The translations under genes and the position numbers were made by a program. The notes beneath the pieces were generated by a model. That model did not search any database, was not told the origin of the DNA, and was given only the letters and a program-made list of their open reading frames with translations. A DNA stretch of 31,959 nucleotides, taken from positions 1-31,959 of the forward strand of contig JACCVE010000325.1 in the NCBI GenBank assembly GCA_013698285.1, written 5' to 3'. This document shows positions 17,688 to 25,693 of the stretch, one piece after another (the first letter of the stretch is position 1; each line of letters opens with the position of its first letter). This stretch comes from Chloroflexia bacterium (lineage in GTDB: Bacteria; Chloroflexota; Chloroflexia; Thermomicrobiales; UBA6265).

Positions 17688-18323
17688 TCAGTCGATCCGG
17701 CGGGGCGCCGTGCCGGCGCCGGTGATCTCGAAGGAGAGCGCGCCCAGCAGGGTCTCCCCGACGTAGACCGTGACGGCGTAGGTGTCGGGTCCCCGTGCCC
17801 CGGTGAGGTCGAGAGGAAGGGCTACCCATTCCGGCGACCCCTCAACCGTCACCTCCGAGGTGCCGAACACCTCGATGTCCTCCGGCTTCTCCTCGATCGT
17901 CTGCCAGGAGGCAAACAGGGTCTGACCGTCCTGGAGGTCGGCGGCCCGGACGGCGAGGTAGATCCGACCCGCGTCGGCGGGGACGGCGCCGTAGATCCCG
18001 TCCGGCGCGCCCGACCCGCTGACACCCGTGGTCAACCCGATCGCGCGGAGGACGGCTCTGGGCGTCGGCGTGCCCGGCGGGGTCGGGCTGGCGCCAAAAT
18101 ATTCGCTGGCGATAAACGTCGCCTGGACGCCGGGGACGGTCGCGGCCTTCGTCTCCTCGATGCCCTGGGCGACTCCCGCGTCCCGCGCGTTGCCGGTCGA
18201 GCACCCGCTCAGGATCAGCAGAAGGAGCACCGCGACGATCGCCACGGATCGGGCGGGTGGGCGGGCGACAGGGTCGTCAGGCCGATTCGCGGCGGTCCGG
18301 GGGAGCGTACGGGCCAAAGGCAT
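17688..18323 (-). CDS. Putative lipoprotein of unknown function
   Basis: Hydrophobic signal ending in a lipobox (VAVLLLLILSG-C), a Pro/Thr linker (PTPPGTPTP), then a beta-rich domain. Start ATG 18323 is inferred. Confidence 0.7.
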   Translation of the reverse strand: MPLARTLPRTAANRPDDPVARPPARSVAIVAVLLLLILSGCSTGNARDAGVAQGIEETKAATVPGVQATFIASEYFGASPTPPGTPTPRAVLRAIGLTTGVSGSGAPDGIYGAVPADAGRIYLAVRAADLQDGQTLFASWQTIEEKPEDIEVFGTSEVTVEGSPEWVALPLDLTGARGPDTYAVTVYVGETLLGALSFEITGAGTAPRRID

Positions 18324-19413
18324 CCTGGTATTCCTCGGCGACGTCCCGGGCGGACTTATGGACATAGATCCGGGTCGTCTGGGGAGAAGCATGCCCCAAG
18401 ATGGTCTGGACCGTCGACTCCCGGACCCGGCGCCGGACCAGTTCGGTCGCCAGGCCGTGCCGGAAGGAGTGCGGCGTCACGTCGCTCTCGACGCCGGCGG
18501 TCGCCGCCAACTGGCCGATCATGTTCTCGACCGTCCGGGGGCTGATGGCGGAGCCGGGGTCGTTGTGTCTGTCCCGGCCGCTGAAGGCGGGGAGGGCGCC
18601 GGTCCCGCGCGGCGGGTCGCCCCGCCCCGACCAATAGGCGGACAGCGCGGCCGCCGTCTCGTTGTCGAAGTGCACGGTCCGGCTCTTGCCGCCCTTGGCC
18701 CGGTAGATGTGGGCCGTCCCCTCCGCGAGGTCGATGTCCCGCCGTCGCAGGGCGCACAACTCCGAGAGCCGGACCCCGCTGCGGAACAGGAACAGCACGA
18801 TGGCCAGCACCTTGAGGCGGCGCAGCTCCCGCTCGGGCTTCTCCAGGGGTTCCCCGCCCCGGGCGACCGCCACCATCCGCTCCAGGTCGGCCAGTTTGAC
18901 GTCGGGGGGCGGGGGCGTGAAGCGCGGCATCATCGCCGCGACCCGGACCTTGATCCGGTCATTGGCCAGATTTGGGTGCAGGTCATAGGCGGCGATGTAG
19001 GCGCAGAACTTCCGGATCGCCGAGAGGTTGTTCTGGGCCGTCCGCATCCGGGCGACCTCCTCCGGGCTGCGGATGTCATCGGGCACGATCATGGAGGCGT
19101 AGGAGGTGACGTGCTCGGGCAGCAACGTGGTGATCGGGGCGGTGTCGGGGTCGATCCCCTCGTGGGCGGAAAGGTGACGGACGAACTTGTTGATCCCGAT
19201 CCGATAGGTCTTCTTGGATCGGGGCGCCAGGCGGAGATCGCCGAAGAAGATCTCCACCGCCCCGGTGATGGTCACCGCGCCGTCGACCAGGTGCCGGCCG
19301 GGCGCCTCGACCGTGGTGCCTGGCGATCGCTCGCCGGCCACCGGCTGGTCGCGGTCGTGGGAGCTGGCGGGAGATTTCGATCGTTCGGGTTCTGACCCGG
19401 TGCCCATGACCAT
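18277..19413 (-). CDS. Tyrosine recombinase (XerC/XerD-like)
   Basis: Full catalytic set: SGVRLSEL (R), AKGGKSR (K), TPHSFRH (HxxR), ILGH (H), TTRIY (Y), plus an N-terminal core-binding/SAM-like region. The start may be ATG 19407. Confidence 0.93.
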   Translation of the reverse strand: MVMGTGSEPERSKSPASSHDRDQPVAGERSPGTTVEAPGRHLVDGAVTITGAVEIFFGDLRLAPRSKKTYRIGINKFVRHLSAHEGIDPDTAPITTLLPEHVTSYASMIVPDDIRSPEEVARMRTAQNNLSAIRKFCAYIAAYDLHPNLANDRIKVRVAAMMPRFTPPPPDVKLADLERMVAVARGGEPLEKPERELRRLKVLAIVLFLFRSGVRLSELCALRRRDIDLAEGTAHIYRAKGGKSRTVHFDNETAAALSAYWSGRGDPPRGTGALPAFSGRDRHNDPGSAISPRTVENMIGQLAATAGVESDVTPHSFRHGLATELVRRRVRESTVQTILGHASPQTTRIYVHKSARDVAEEYQDAFGPYAPPDRRESA

Positions 19414-19625
19414 TCCCCAGCCGGAACGCCCGCGAAGCGTTCGCGACCAGGCGTCCGATAGTGTACGTACATCAATGATGACGAGGATAGCGGAAGAATT
19501 GTGCGCTGTCCACCCCTCCGCGGTGGCGGGCTGGAAGGAGCGCTCGGCGAACGACGGTCCCAGTCCGCCGTCGCTGACCCGTTACCCCGGGGTCGGGCGT
19601 CGCCCCGAAGAGACCCGGGACGTGT

Positions 19626-20051
19626 TCAGGCACGGTGGGATTGGTCGTCCTCTGGGATGGGAGGGGTGCCTGGCTCGACCGGAGAATCCAGATCACGGTC
19701 GAGCGCATACCGGTCGATGGTACCCAGGGTGTCGGCGTGGAAGGTCCCGTTGGAGACGACGCGGGCGACTCCGGCCGCCTTGGCGGCCTGGAACGCGGCG
19801 ACATCCCGATGGGGTCCGAAGGCGAGGAGGGGTGCGATCCCAGGCACGTCCCTGATCGCCGTCTCGATCGTGGCCCAATCATCGACGGCCCGCATATCGA
19901 TCAGACCAAGTCGTATCCCTGTATTGGCGGCCGCGAGCCGGCGGGCGAACGCGGTGGCCGTCGAAACCATCTCGACCCGATCGCCGCGGGCCCGGAGCGC
20001 GTTGGCGACCCGGACACCGACGAAGAGGTCCCGGTTGAGGAAGAGGATCAT
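19626..20051 (-). CDS. Stand-alone atypical receiver (CheY-like) domain protein
   Basis: Alternating beta/alpha pattern MILFLNRDLF / VEMVS / LGLIDM / LLAFGPH / AKAAGVARVV typical of a REC fold. No output domain. Confidence 0.65.
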   Translation of the reverse strand: MILFLNRDLFVGVRVANALRARGDRVEMVSTATAFARRLAAANTGIRLGLIDMRAVDDWATIETAIRDVPGIAPLLAFGPHRDVAAFQAAKAAGVARVVSNGTFHADTLGTIDRYALDRDLDSPVEPGTPPIPEDDQSHRA

Positions 20052-20217
20052 GACCGGGCTTTACCTCCGCGAGCTGATGGGGTCCCGATCTGGCACCAAC
20101 CGGCACCACGGACCGGATCCCCCCATGACAGGGTAGCGCCAATCGACCGATGCCACGTCTCGAGAAAAGGCGGTAGCCGACCCTCGTCATGCTGCCGAAC
20201 GATGTTTGGCAGACCTA

Positions 20218-20246
20218 TTGACAATCGGCCGAGGTGGGCGTATGCT
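20218..20246 (+). promoter_or_regulatory. Sigma70-type promoter of the MMPL gene
   Basis: TTGACA (20218-20223), 17-bp spacer, TATGCT (20241-20246), about 57 bp upstream of the ATG. Confidence 0.8.
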
Positions 20247-20303
20247 CACAGTGTTCACGTGACGGAACGGTGTTCGGAAATGATTGATTGAGGAGTGAAG
20301 CAG

Positions 20304-22586
20304 ATGACGTCTCGACTCTCGACGCGGGGATTGGCCCGGTTCAGCTCCCGACGACCATGGCTCGTCATCGCGGCCTGGCTGGTCGCGCTGGTCATCTCCG
20401 GGGTGGTCGCCGCCACGTCGCTCGGCGGGGTCCTGACATCGGACATCACGCTCACCAACGATCCCGAGTCGCTCCAGGGATTCGACCTGCTCGACGAGCG
20501 GATGGAAGGCGCCACGGCGCTGTCGGAGACGGTCATCATCCGGTCCGACGCGGCGACCGTCGATGATCCGGCCTTCCGGACCGAGGTCGACCGGGTCGCC
20601 GCCGGATTACGAGCGCTGCCGGAGGTCGTGGCCGGACTGGTGACCTACTACGAGATCAACGCGTCGGCGCCCGACCAGGCCGGGGGGCTGGTGTCCGAGG
20701 ACCGTCACGCCACCCTGATCCCGGTCACGTTGACGGGGACGTTCGATGAGGCGACCGAGCGGTTCGACCAGTTCGAGGGTGCCCTCCACGGCGGGGCGGC
20801 GACCGGATACCAAGTCCTCTCGATCGGCGACGTGAGCGTCGACGAGACGTTCAACTCGACGTCCGAGAGCGACCTGCAGACCGCCGAGCTGTTCGGCCTG
20901 CCTATCGCCCTGGTGATCCTGGTCATCTTCTTCGGAGCACTGGTGGCCGCGGGGATCCCGGTCCTGCTGTCGCTGATCTCGATCGGCGTCGCCGTCGGCT
21001 TGACGGCGGTGGTCGGCCAGGTGTTCGAACTGTCGTTCTTCGTGGTCAACATGATCACGACCATCGGCCTGGCGGTCGGGATCGACTACGCCCTGTTCAC
21101 CGTCGAGCGCTACCGGGAAGAGCGCCGGCGTGGCCTCGACAAGTTGGCCGCGATCGAAATGGCCGGTGCCACCTCGAGCAAGGCCGTCTTCTTCTCGGGA
21201 TTGACCGTCGTCCTGGCCCTGCTCGGGATGTACCTGATCCCCTCCTCGATCTTCTTCTCCCTGGGGACCGGCGCCATCCTCGTCGCGATCGTGGCCGTCG
21301 TGGCCACCCTCACTTTGGTCCCGGCCGTGCTCGGGCTCCTGGGCGACCGGATCGACTGGCCGCGCCGCCGGAACTATGACGCCGCGACCGCCGTCCGGCA
21401 GGACGCCCTCGACCACGAGGCCATCCACCGCGGGTTCTGGGGCCGGATCACCCGGATCGTGATGGGCAGGCCGGTCGTCGCGATCGTCCTCGGCGTCGGC
21501 CTCCTGCTCGCCCTGGCCACCCCCCTGATCAACATCGAACGTGGCGCGGCCGGCGCCTCGTCCCTGCCGCCGAGCGACGTCAGGAGTGCCTACACGATCC
21601 TCGAGCGCGACTTCTCGGCGGGGCGCCTGGCGCCCGTCAGGATCGTCATCGACGGTGCCCGCACCGACCCCGACGTGACCGGGGGAATCGATCGCCTGTT
21701 GACCACGCTCTCGTCCGACGCCTCCGTGGTTCCCGGCTCGACGGAGACGATCTGGAACGCGGCCGGAGACCTGGCCGAAGTCCAACTGCTCCTGACCGTG
21801 GACGGCGCGAGTGACGCCGCCTACGCCCAGATCGACCGGTTCCGCGACACCATCGTGCCAGCGGCCTTCGGGGGCACCGGCATCGAGGCCTACGTCTCCG
21901 GCGAGAGCGCGTTCAATGCCGACTTCCTCTCGGCGGTGGACGCCTGGAGCCCGGCGGTCTTCGTCTTCGTGCTCGGCCTGAGCTTCATCCTCCTCATGCT
22001 GGTGTTCCGCTCGGTCGTCATCCCGGCCAAGGCGATCGTGCTGAACCTCCTCTCGGTCGGCGCTGCCTACGGCCTACTGGTCCTGGTCTTCCAGGAAGGC
22101 GTCGGGGCGAGCCTGCTCGGGTTCCAGCAGACGCCGGCGATCGAATCCTGGGTGCCGATCTTCCTCTTCTGTGTCCTGTTCGGCCTCAGCATGGATTACC
22201 ATGTCTTCCTCCTCAGCCGGATCAAGGAGCGGTTCGACGAGACCGGCAACAACCAGGAGTCGGTCGCCTATGGCCTGCAGGCGACGGCCAGGATCATCAC
22301 CGGCGCCGCTTTGATCATGGTGGTCGTCTTCGGCGGGTTCGCGATGGGCGACTTGGTGGCCTTCCAGCAGATGGGCTTCGGCCTGGCGATCGCGATCGCC
22401 CTCGATGCCACGATCGTCCGCTCGGTGCTGGTCCCGGCCGGGATGGCCCTGCTCGGGAAGTGGAACTGGTACCTGCCGAGCTGGCTGCAGTGGCTGCCGG
22501 AGATCGGGATCGAGGGCCCGCCGCGGCGGTTGTCGTCCCAGACCCCATCGCCGGGATCGCTTGCCGGTGAGCCAGCGGGCGACTGA
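20304..22586 (+). CDS. MMPL family (RND superfamily) transporter
   Basis: Two MMPL repeats with conserved GLAVGIDYALF..ERYREE and FGLSMDYHVFLLSRIKE, TARIITGAALIM, LDATIVRSVLVPA. About 12 TM helices. SD GAGGAG 8 nt before ATG 20304. Confidence 0.95.
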   Translation: MTSRLSTRGLARFSSRRPWLVIAAWLVALVISGVVAATSLGGVLTSDITLTNDPESLQGFDLLDERMEGATALSETVIIRSDAATVDDPAFRTEVDRVAAGLRALPEVVAGLVTYYEINASAPDQAGGLVSEDRHATLIPVTLTGTFDEATERFDQFEGALHGGAATGYQVLSIGDVSVDETFNSTSESDLQTAELFGLPIALVILVIFFGALVAAGIPVLLSLISIGVAVGLTAVVGQVFELSFFVVNMITTIGLAVGIDYALFTVERYREERRRGLDKLAAIEMAGATSSKAVFFSGLTVVLALLGMYLIPSSIFFSLGTGAILVAIVAVVATLTLVPAVLGLLGDRIDWPRRRNYDAATAVRQDALDHEAIHRGFWGRITRIVMGRPVVAIVLGVGLLLALATPLINIERGAAGASSLPPSDVRSAYTILERDFSAGRLAPVRIVIDGARTDPDVTGGIDRLLTTLSSDASVVPGSTETIWNAAGDLAEVQLLLTVDGASDAAYAQIDRFRDTIVPAAFGGTGIEAYVSGESAFNADFLSAVDAWSPAVFVFVLGLSFILLMLVFRSVVIPAKAIVLNLLSVGAAYGLLVLVFQEGVGASLLGFQQTPAIESWVPIFLFCVLFGLSMDYHVFLLSRIKERFDETGNNQESVAYGLQATARIITGAALIMVVVFGGFAMGDLVAFQQMGFGLAIAIALDATIVRSVLVPAGMALLGKWNWYLPSWLQWLPEIGIEGPPRRLSSQTPSPGSLAGEPAGD

Positions 22587-22615
22587 GCACCCTCGCCGTC
22601 ACTGGAACAAGGGCA

Positions 22616-22658
22616 CGACAGAGCGGCCGCCGGGCATGTCCCGGCGGCCGCTCTGTCG
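22616..22658. repeat. Perfect 19-bp GC-rich inverted repeat (stem-loop)
   Basis: CGACAGAGCGGCCGCCGGG, loop CATGT, CCCGGCGGCCGCTCTGTCG. No U-tract on either side. Confidence 0.85.
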
Positions 22659-22759
22659 CGCTCGCCGGGTGCCCGTGTCATGGCACCCGTTGCCATGCGA
22701 CCATGGCGCTCTCTCGACCCGATGGGGTCATGGCGACAGAGCAGGGGAGGACTACACCG

Positions 22760-23656
22760 ATGGAGACACGAGCGACGGCCGGCGGCCCGCTGCTATTCGG
22801 CATCCAGACCGTCCAGAGCGATCCCTGGCCAGAGCTGGTGCGGCGGTGGCGCTGGTTCGAGGAGCTGGGATTCGACAGCCTCTGGCTGCCCGACCACCTG
22901 GTCAAGCCGTTCACGCCCCACGTGCCGCTGTTCGAGGCTTGGACCACCCTGGCCGGAATGGCGATGGCGACGGGACGGGTCAGGATCGGGGTGCTGGTCA
23001 GTAGCAACACGTTCCGTCACCCGGGCGTGCTGGCGAAGCAGGCGGTCACCATCGACCACATGTCCGGTGGGAGGCTGGAACTGGGGTTGGGGGCGGGCTG
23101 GTTCGTCGCGGAGCACGAGCAATACGGGCTCGACTTTCCCGAACCGGTCGAGTTGGTGGACCGGTTCCGGGAGGCCGTCGAGGTGGTCGATCGCCTCCTG
23201 CGCCACGAGGTCAGCGACTTCGAGGGGACGCACTACGGGCTGCGTGGGGCGTTCTTCTCGCCCCGGCCGGTCCAACTGCCGAGACCCCCGCTGACCCTCG
23301 GCGCACACAAGCCAAAGATGTTGGAGATCGTCGCCCGATACGCCGACCGGTGGAACTCGATCGGCACCCCGGCCGAGATCGCGGGACGCAACGCGGCCCT
23401 CGACGCGGCCTGCGGACGGGCTGGCCGCGAACCCGCCTCGGTCCTCCGCTCGCTGCTCTACGTCCCGGCCCAGTACCCGGACGATGATCCCTGGCAGTCG
23501 GTCGATGCCTTCGCCGACTTCGTCGGCCGGTACCGCGAGGCCGGGATGCGGGAATTTCTGTTTCAACCGCCGGGGAACGACCGGGCCGAGGTCGTCGAGC
23601 GGATCGTGGCCGAGGTCATCACCCCGTCGCGGTTGGCCGGAGTGGCAGGCGAGTAG
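22760..23656 (+). CDS. LLM-class (luciferase-like) flavin/F420-dependent oxidoreductase
   Basis: EELGFDSLWLPDH, FEAWTTLAGMA..T.RVRIGVLV, FRHPGVLAKQAVTIDHMSGGRLELGLGAGW. SD GGGGAGG 9 nt before ATG 22760. Confidence 0.9.
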   Translation: METRATAGGPLLFGIQTVQSDPWPELVRRWRWFEELGFDSLWLPDHLVKPFTPHVPLFEAWTTLAGMAMATGRVRIGVLVSSNTFRHPGVLAKQAVTIDHMSGGRLELGLGAGWFVAEHEQYGLDFPEPVELVDRFREAVEVVDRLLRHEVSDFEGTHYGLRGAFFSPRPVQLPRPPLTLGAHKPKMLEIVARYADRWNSIGTPAEIAGRNAALDAACGRAGREPASVLRSLLYVPAQYPDDDPWQSVDAFADFVGRYREAGMREFLFQPPGNDRAEVVERIVAEVITPSRLAGVAGE

Positions 23657-23737
23657 CCGGGCAGCTTCACCGCCAGCCCGGGCATCGGTGTCCGGACCGC
23701 CACGGCGCGCGCATCGTCCAAGACCGCGGCGAGACGG

Positions 23738-24136
23738 TCAGCCCTGCGCCGTCCAGCGATCAACCCGGATCGTGATCTTGTATCGGTGTTCGCCGTCGGC
23801 CCCGTGGGCGAAATCGGCGCCGGTGTACTTGCGGGCGAGGTGGTTCACCCAGGAAAGGTCCTTGAAGAGCTCGAAGGTGACCACTGACCCCCGGATCTCG
23901 AGGTAGCGATCGGGCCGCGCCGGATCAGAGATCGACATGGCCACGTCGGGATTGCCACGCAGGTTCCGGTACTTGGTGGTCTCGGGCTTGACGCTCAGGA
24001 GGACGTGTTCCCCGTCCCAAAAGAACCAGACCGGATTCACCTGGGGCGAACCGTTCCCATCGACCGTGGCCAGATGCCCGAGCACTCTGCTCTGGAGGAG
24101 ATCGCGGTAGCGTTCGGGGACCGGCCCTGCTGGCAT
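23738..24136 (-). CDS. PPOX-class (pyridoxamine 5'-phosphate oxidase-like) probable F420-dependent oxidoreductase
   Basis: GHLATVDGNGSPQVNPVWF, KYRNLRGNPDVAMSI, RYLEIRG, LARKYTG. SD GGGAG before ATG 24136. Confidence 0.88.
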   Translation of the reverse strand: MPAGPVPERYRDLLQSRVLGHLATVDGNGSPQVNPVWFFWDGEHVLLSVKPETTKYRNLRGNPDVAMSISDPARPDRYLEIRGSVVTFELFKDLSWVNHLARKYTGADFAHGADGEHRYKITIRVDRWTAQG

Positions 24137-24282
24137 ATGGTACTCCCGTTCTGGCCCGGGCCAGACTCGACGGTCGAACGAGCATTCGTTGACGTAGAGC
24201 GGGTCCAAACATCCCGCCACGTGCTGGCCATGGTACGTGACGGCCACTGGACGAGGTCGCATGGCATGATGCCCGGACCCGA

Positions 24283-25686
24283 TCAGGTCGATGTCACCGC
24301 CGTCGGATCGGGCCGGGGCGCCGTCCGGCTCCCGCCCGGTAGGCTCCTGACCTTGGTCGAGAAGGCGGCGGCGATCGCGCCGGTCGCCAGCGCGCTGGTC
24401 ACCAGGGCGACGCCGTACCCCGCCCCGTCGACGAGCTGGCCGAAGAGGACCGCACCGGTTGACTGGCCGAGGAAGAGGCAGAAGGCGAACAGGGCCACCG
24501 CCGTGCCGCGGGCCGTCGGGGCCAGTTCGGTCGCCTTGGTCTGCAGGGTGCTGTGGAACATGTAGAACCCGATCCCGGCCAGGAACACCAGGGGCGGGAG
24601 GAGTCGCCAGTCCGGCGAGACGGCAACCGCCACGTAGGCGACGGTGACGACCGAGCCGCCCAACCGGACCAGGCCCCGCTCGCCGAAGCGGGGCAACAGA
24701 CGGCCGACGAGCCGGGAGTAGACGAGCCCGCCGAGCCCGAAGCAGGCCAGGATCACCCCGATCGCGGCGTAGGCCAAGTTGAACCGGTCGCGCAGCGCGG
24801 CCCCCACGTACACGAAGCCGCCGAAGAAGCAGAGTCCCTCCAACAGCACGGTCGCCAGGACCACCTTGGCCGCGCGCTCGCGGACCACGGCCCGGTAGGG
24901 CGACGTCAGCGATGACAGGGTCAGGGGCTGACGGGCCGCCCGGGCCATGGACACGACGCGCGGCTGCCGTCGAACTGATCGGGAGAAGATCAGGCCCATC
25001 ACCAGGGCCGCCAGGCCGTAGACCAAGAAGATGACTCGCCAGCTCAGGAAGTCGGCCACGCTGGCCCCCAGGCTGGCGCCCAGGATCTGGCCCATCGCCA
25101 GCGCCGACAGGTACTGGCCCAGGGCGGCCTGGCGCCCGGCGTAGGGGACCGTGTCGCCGATGTGGGCCAGGGTGAGCGGGATCAGGGCGGCGGCGGCGAC
25201 GCCGGTGGCGAAGCGGAGGATGACCAGGACCGGCAAGGTCCCCGCCGCCGCGCAGGCCGCCGTACCCAGGGCGAAGCAGAGGATCGCCACCGCCATCACC
25301 CTCAGCTTGCCGACCCGGTCCCCGAGGGGGCCGTAGACGAGCTGGAACAGGCCGTAGGGCAGGGTATAGGCCGAGACGGTCAGGCCGGCCGCCGCGATGC
25401 TCGTCCCGAAGCGGTCGGCGATCACCGGCAGCAGCGGGTCGATCACCCGGGCGTCGGCGACGACCAAGAAGCCGAGGGCACCGAGGAGCCCGATCGAGAT
25501 CGGGTTGGTGCCCGGTCCCATGGTCTCGGCCGGAGGTGGCACGTCGGTTTCGACGGTGGACGACGGGCCCATCCCATGGTCGCCGGTTACCAACGCGGCC
25601 CCCGCTCCGAACGGTGAGGAGGGCCGCGTTGCGGTGGTAGTGCGGTCGTCGTCGTCCATCGCGAGGGTCCCGTTTCCGTCGTGCAC
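24283..25686 (-). CDS. Major facilitator superfamily transporter (drug/metabolite efflux-like)
   Basis: About 12 hydrophobic segments, MFS motif A GPLGDRVGKLRV, LLPVIADRFG, RGTAVALF. Start uncertain (25686 or ATG 25659); 25686 lies 8 bp after the serA stop. Confidence 0.88.
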   Translation of the reverse strand: MHDGNGTLAMDDDDRTTTATRPSSPFGAGAALVTGDHGMGPSSTVETDVPPPAETMGPGTNPISIGLLGALGFLVVADARVIDPLLPVIADRFGTSIAAAGLTVSAYTLPYGLFQLVYGPLGDRVGKLRVMAVAILCFALGTAACAAAGTLPVLVILRFATGVAAAALIPLTLAHIGDTVPYAGRQAALGQYLSALAMGQILGASLGASVADFLSWRVIFLVYGLAALVMGLIFSRSVRRQPRVVSMARAARQPLTLSSLTSPYRAVVRERAAKVVLATVLLEGLCFFGGFVYVGAALRDRFNLAYAAIGVILACFGLGGLVYSRLVGRLLPRFGERGLVRLGGSVVTVAYVAVAVSPDWRLLPPLVFLAGIGFYMFHSTLQTKATELAPTARGTAVALFAFCLFLGQSTGAVLFGQLVDGAGYGVALVTSALATGAIAAAFSTKVRSLPGGSRTAPRPDPTAVTST

Positions 25687-25693
25687 GCGCTCG

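Noticed and set aside
18277-19413. Tyrosine recombinase as the integrase of a prophage or genomic island
   Set aside because: No tRNA target, no att direct repeats, no phage or conjugation genes and no visible composition shift; the neighbours are ordinary chromosomal genes.
20195-20277. LexA (SOS) boxes at the MMPL promoter
   Set aside because: The spacer is 3 nt, not the 4 nt of the GAAC-N4-GTTC consensus.
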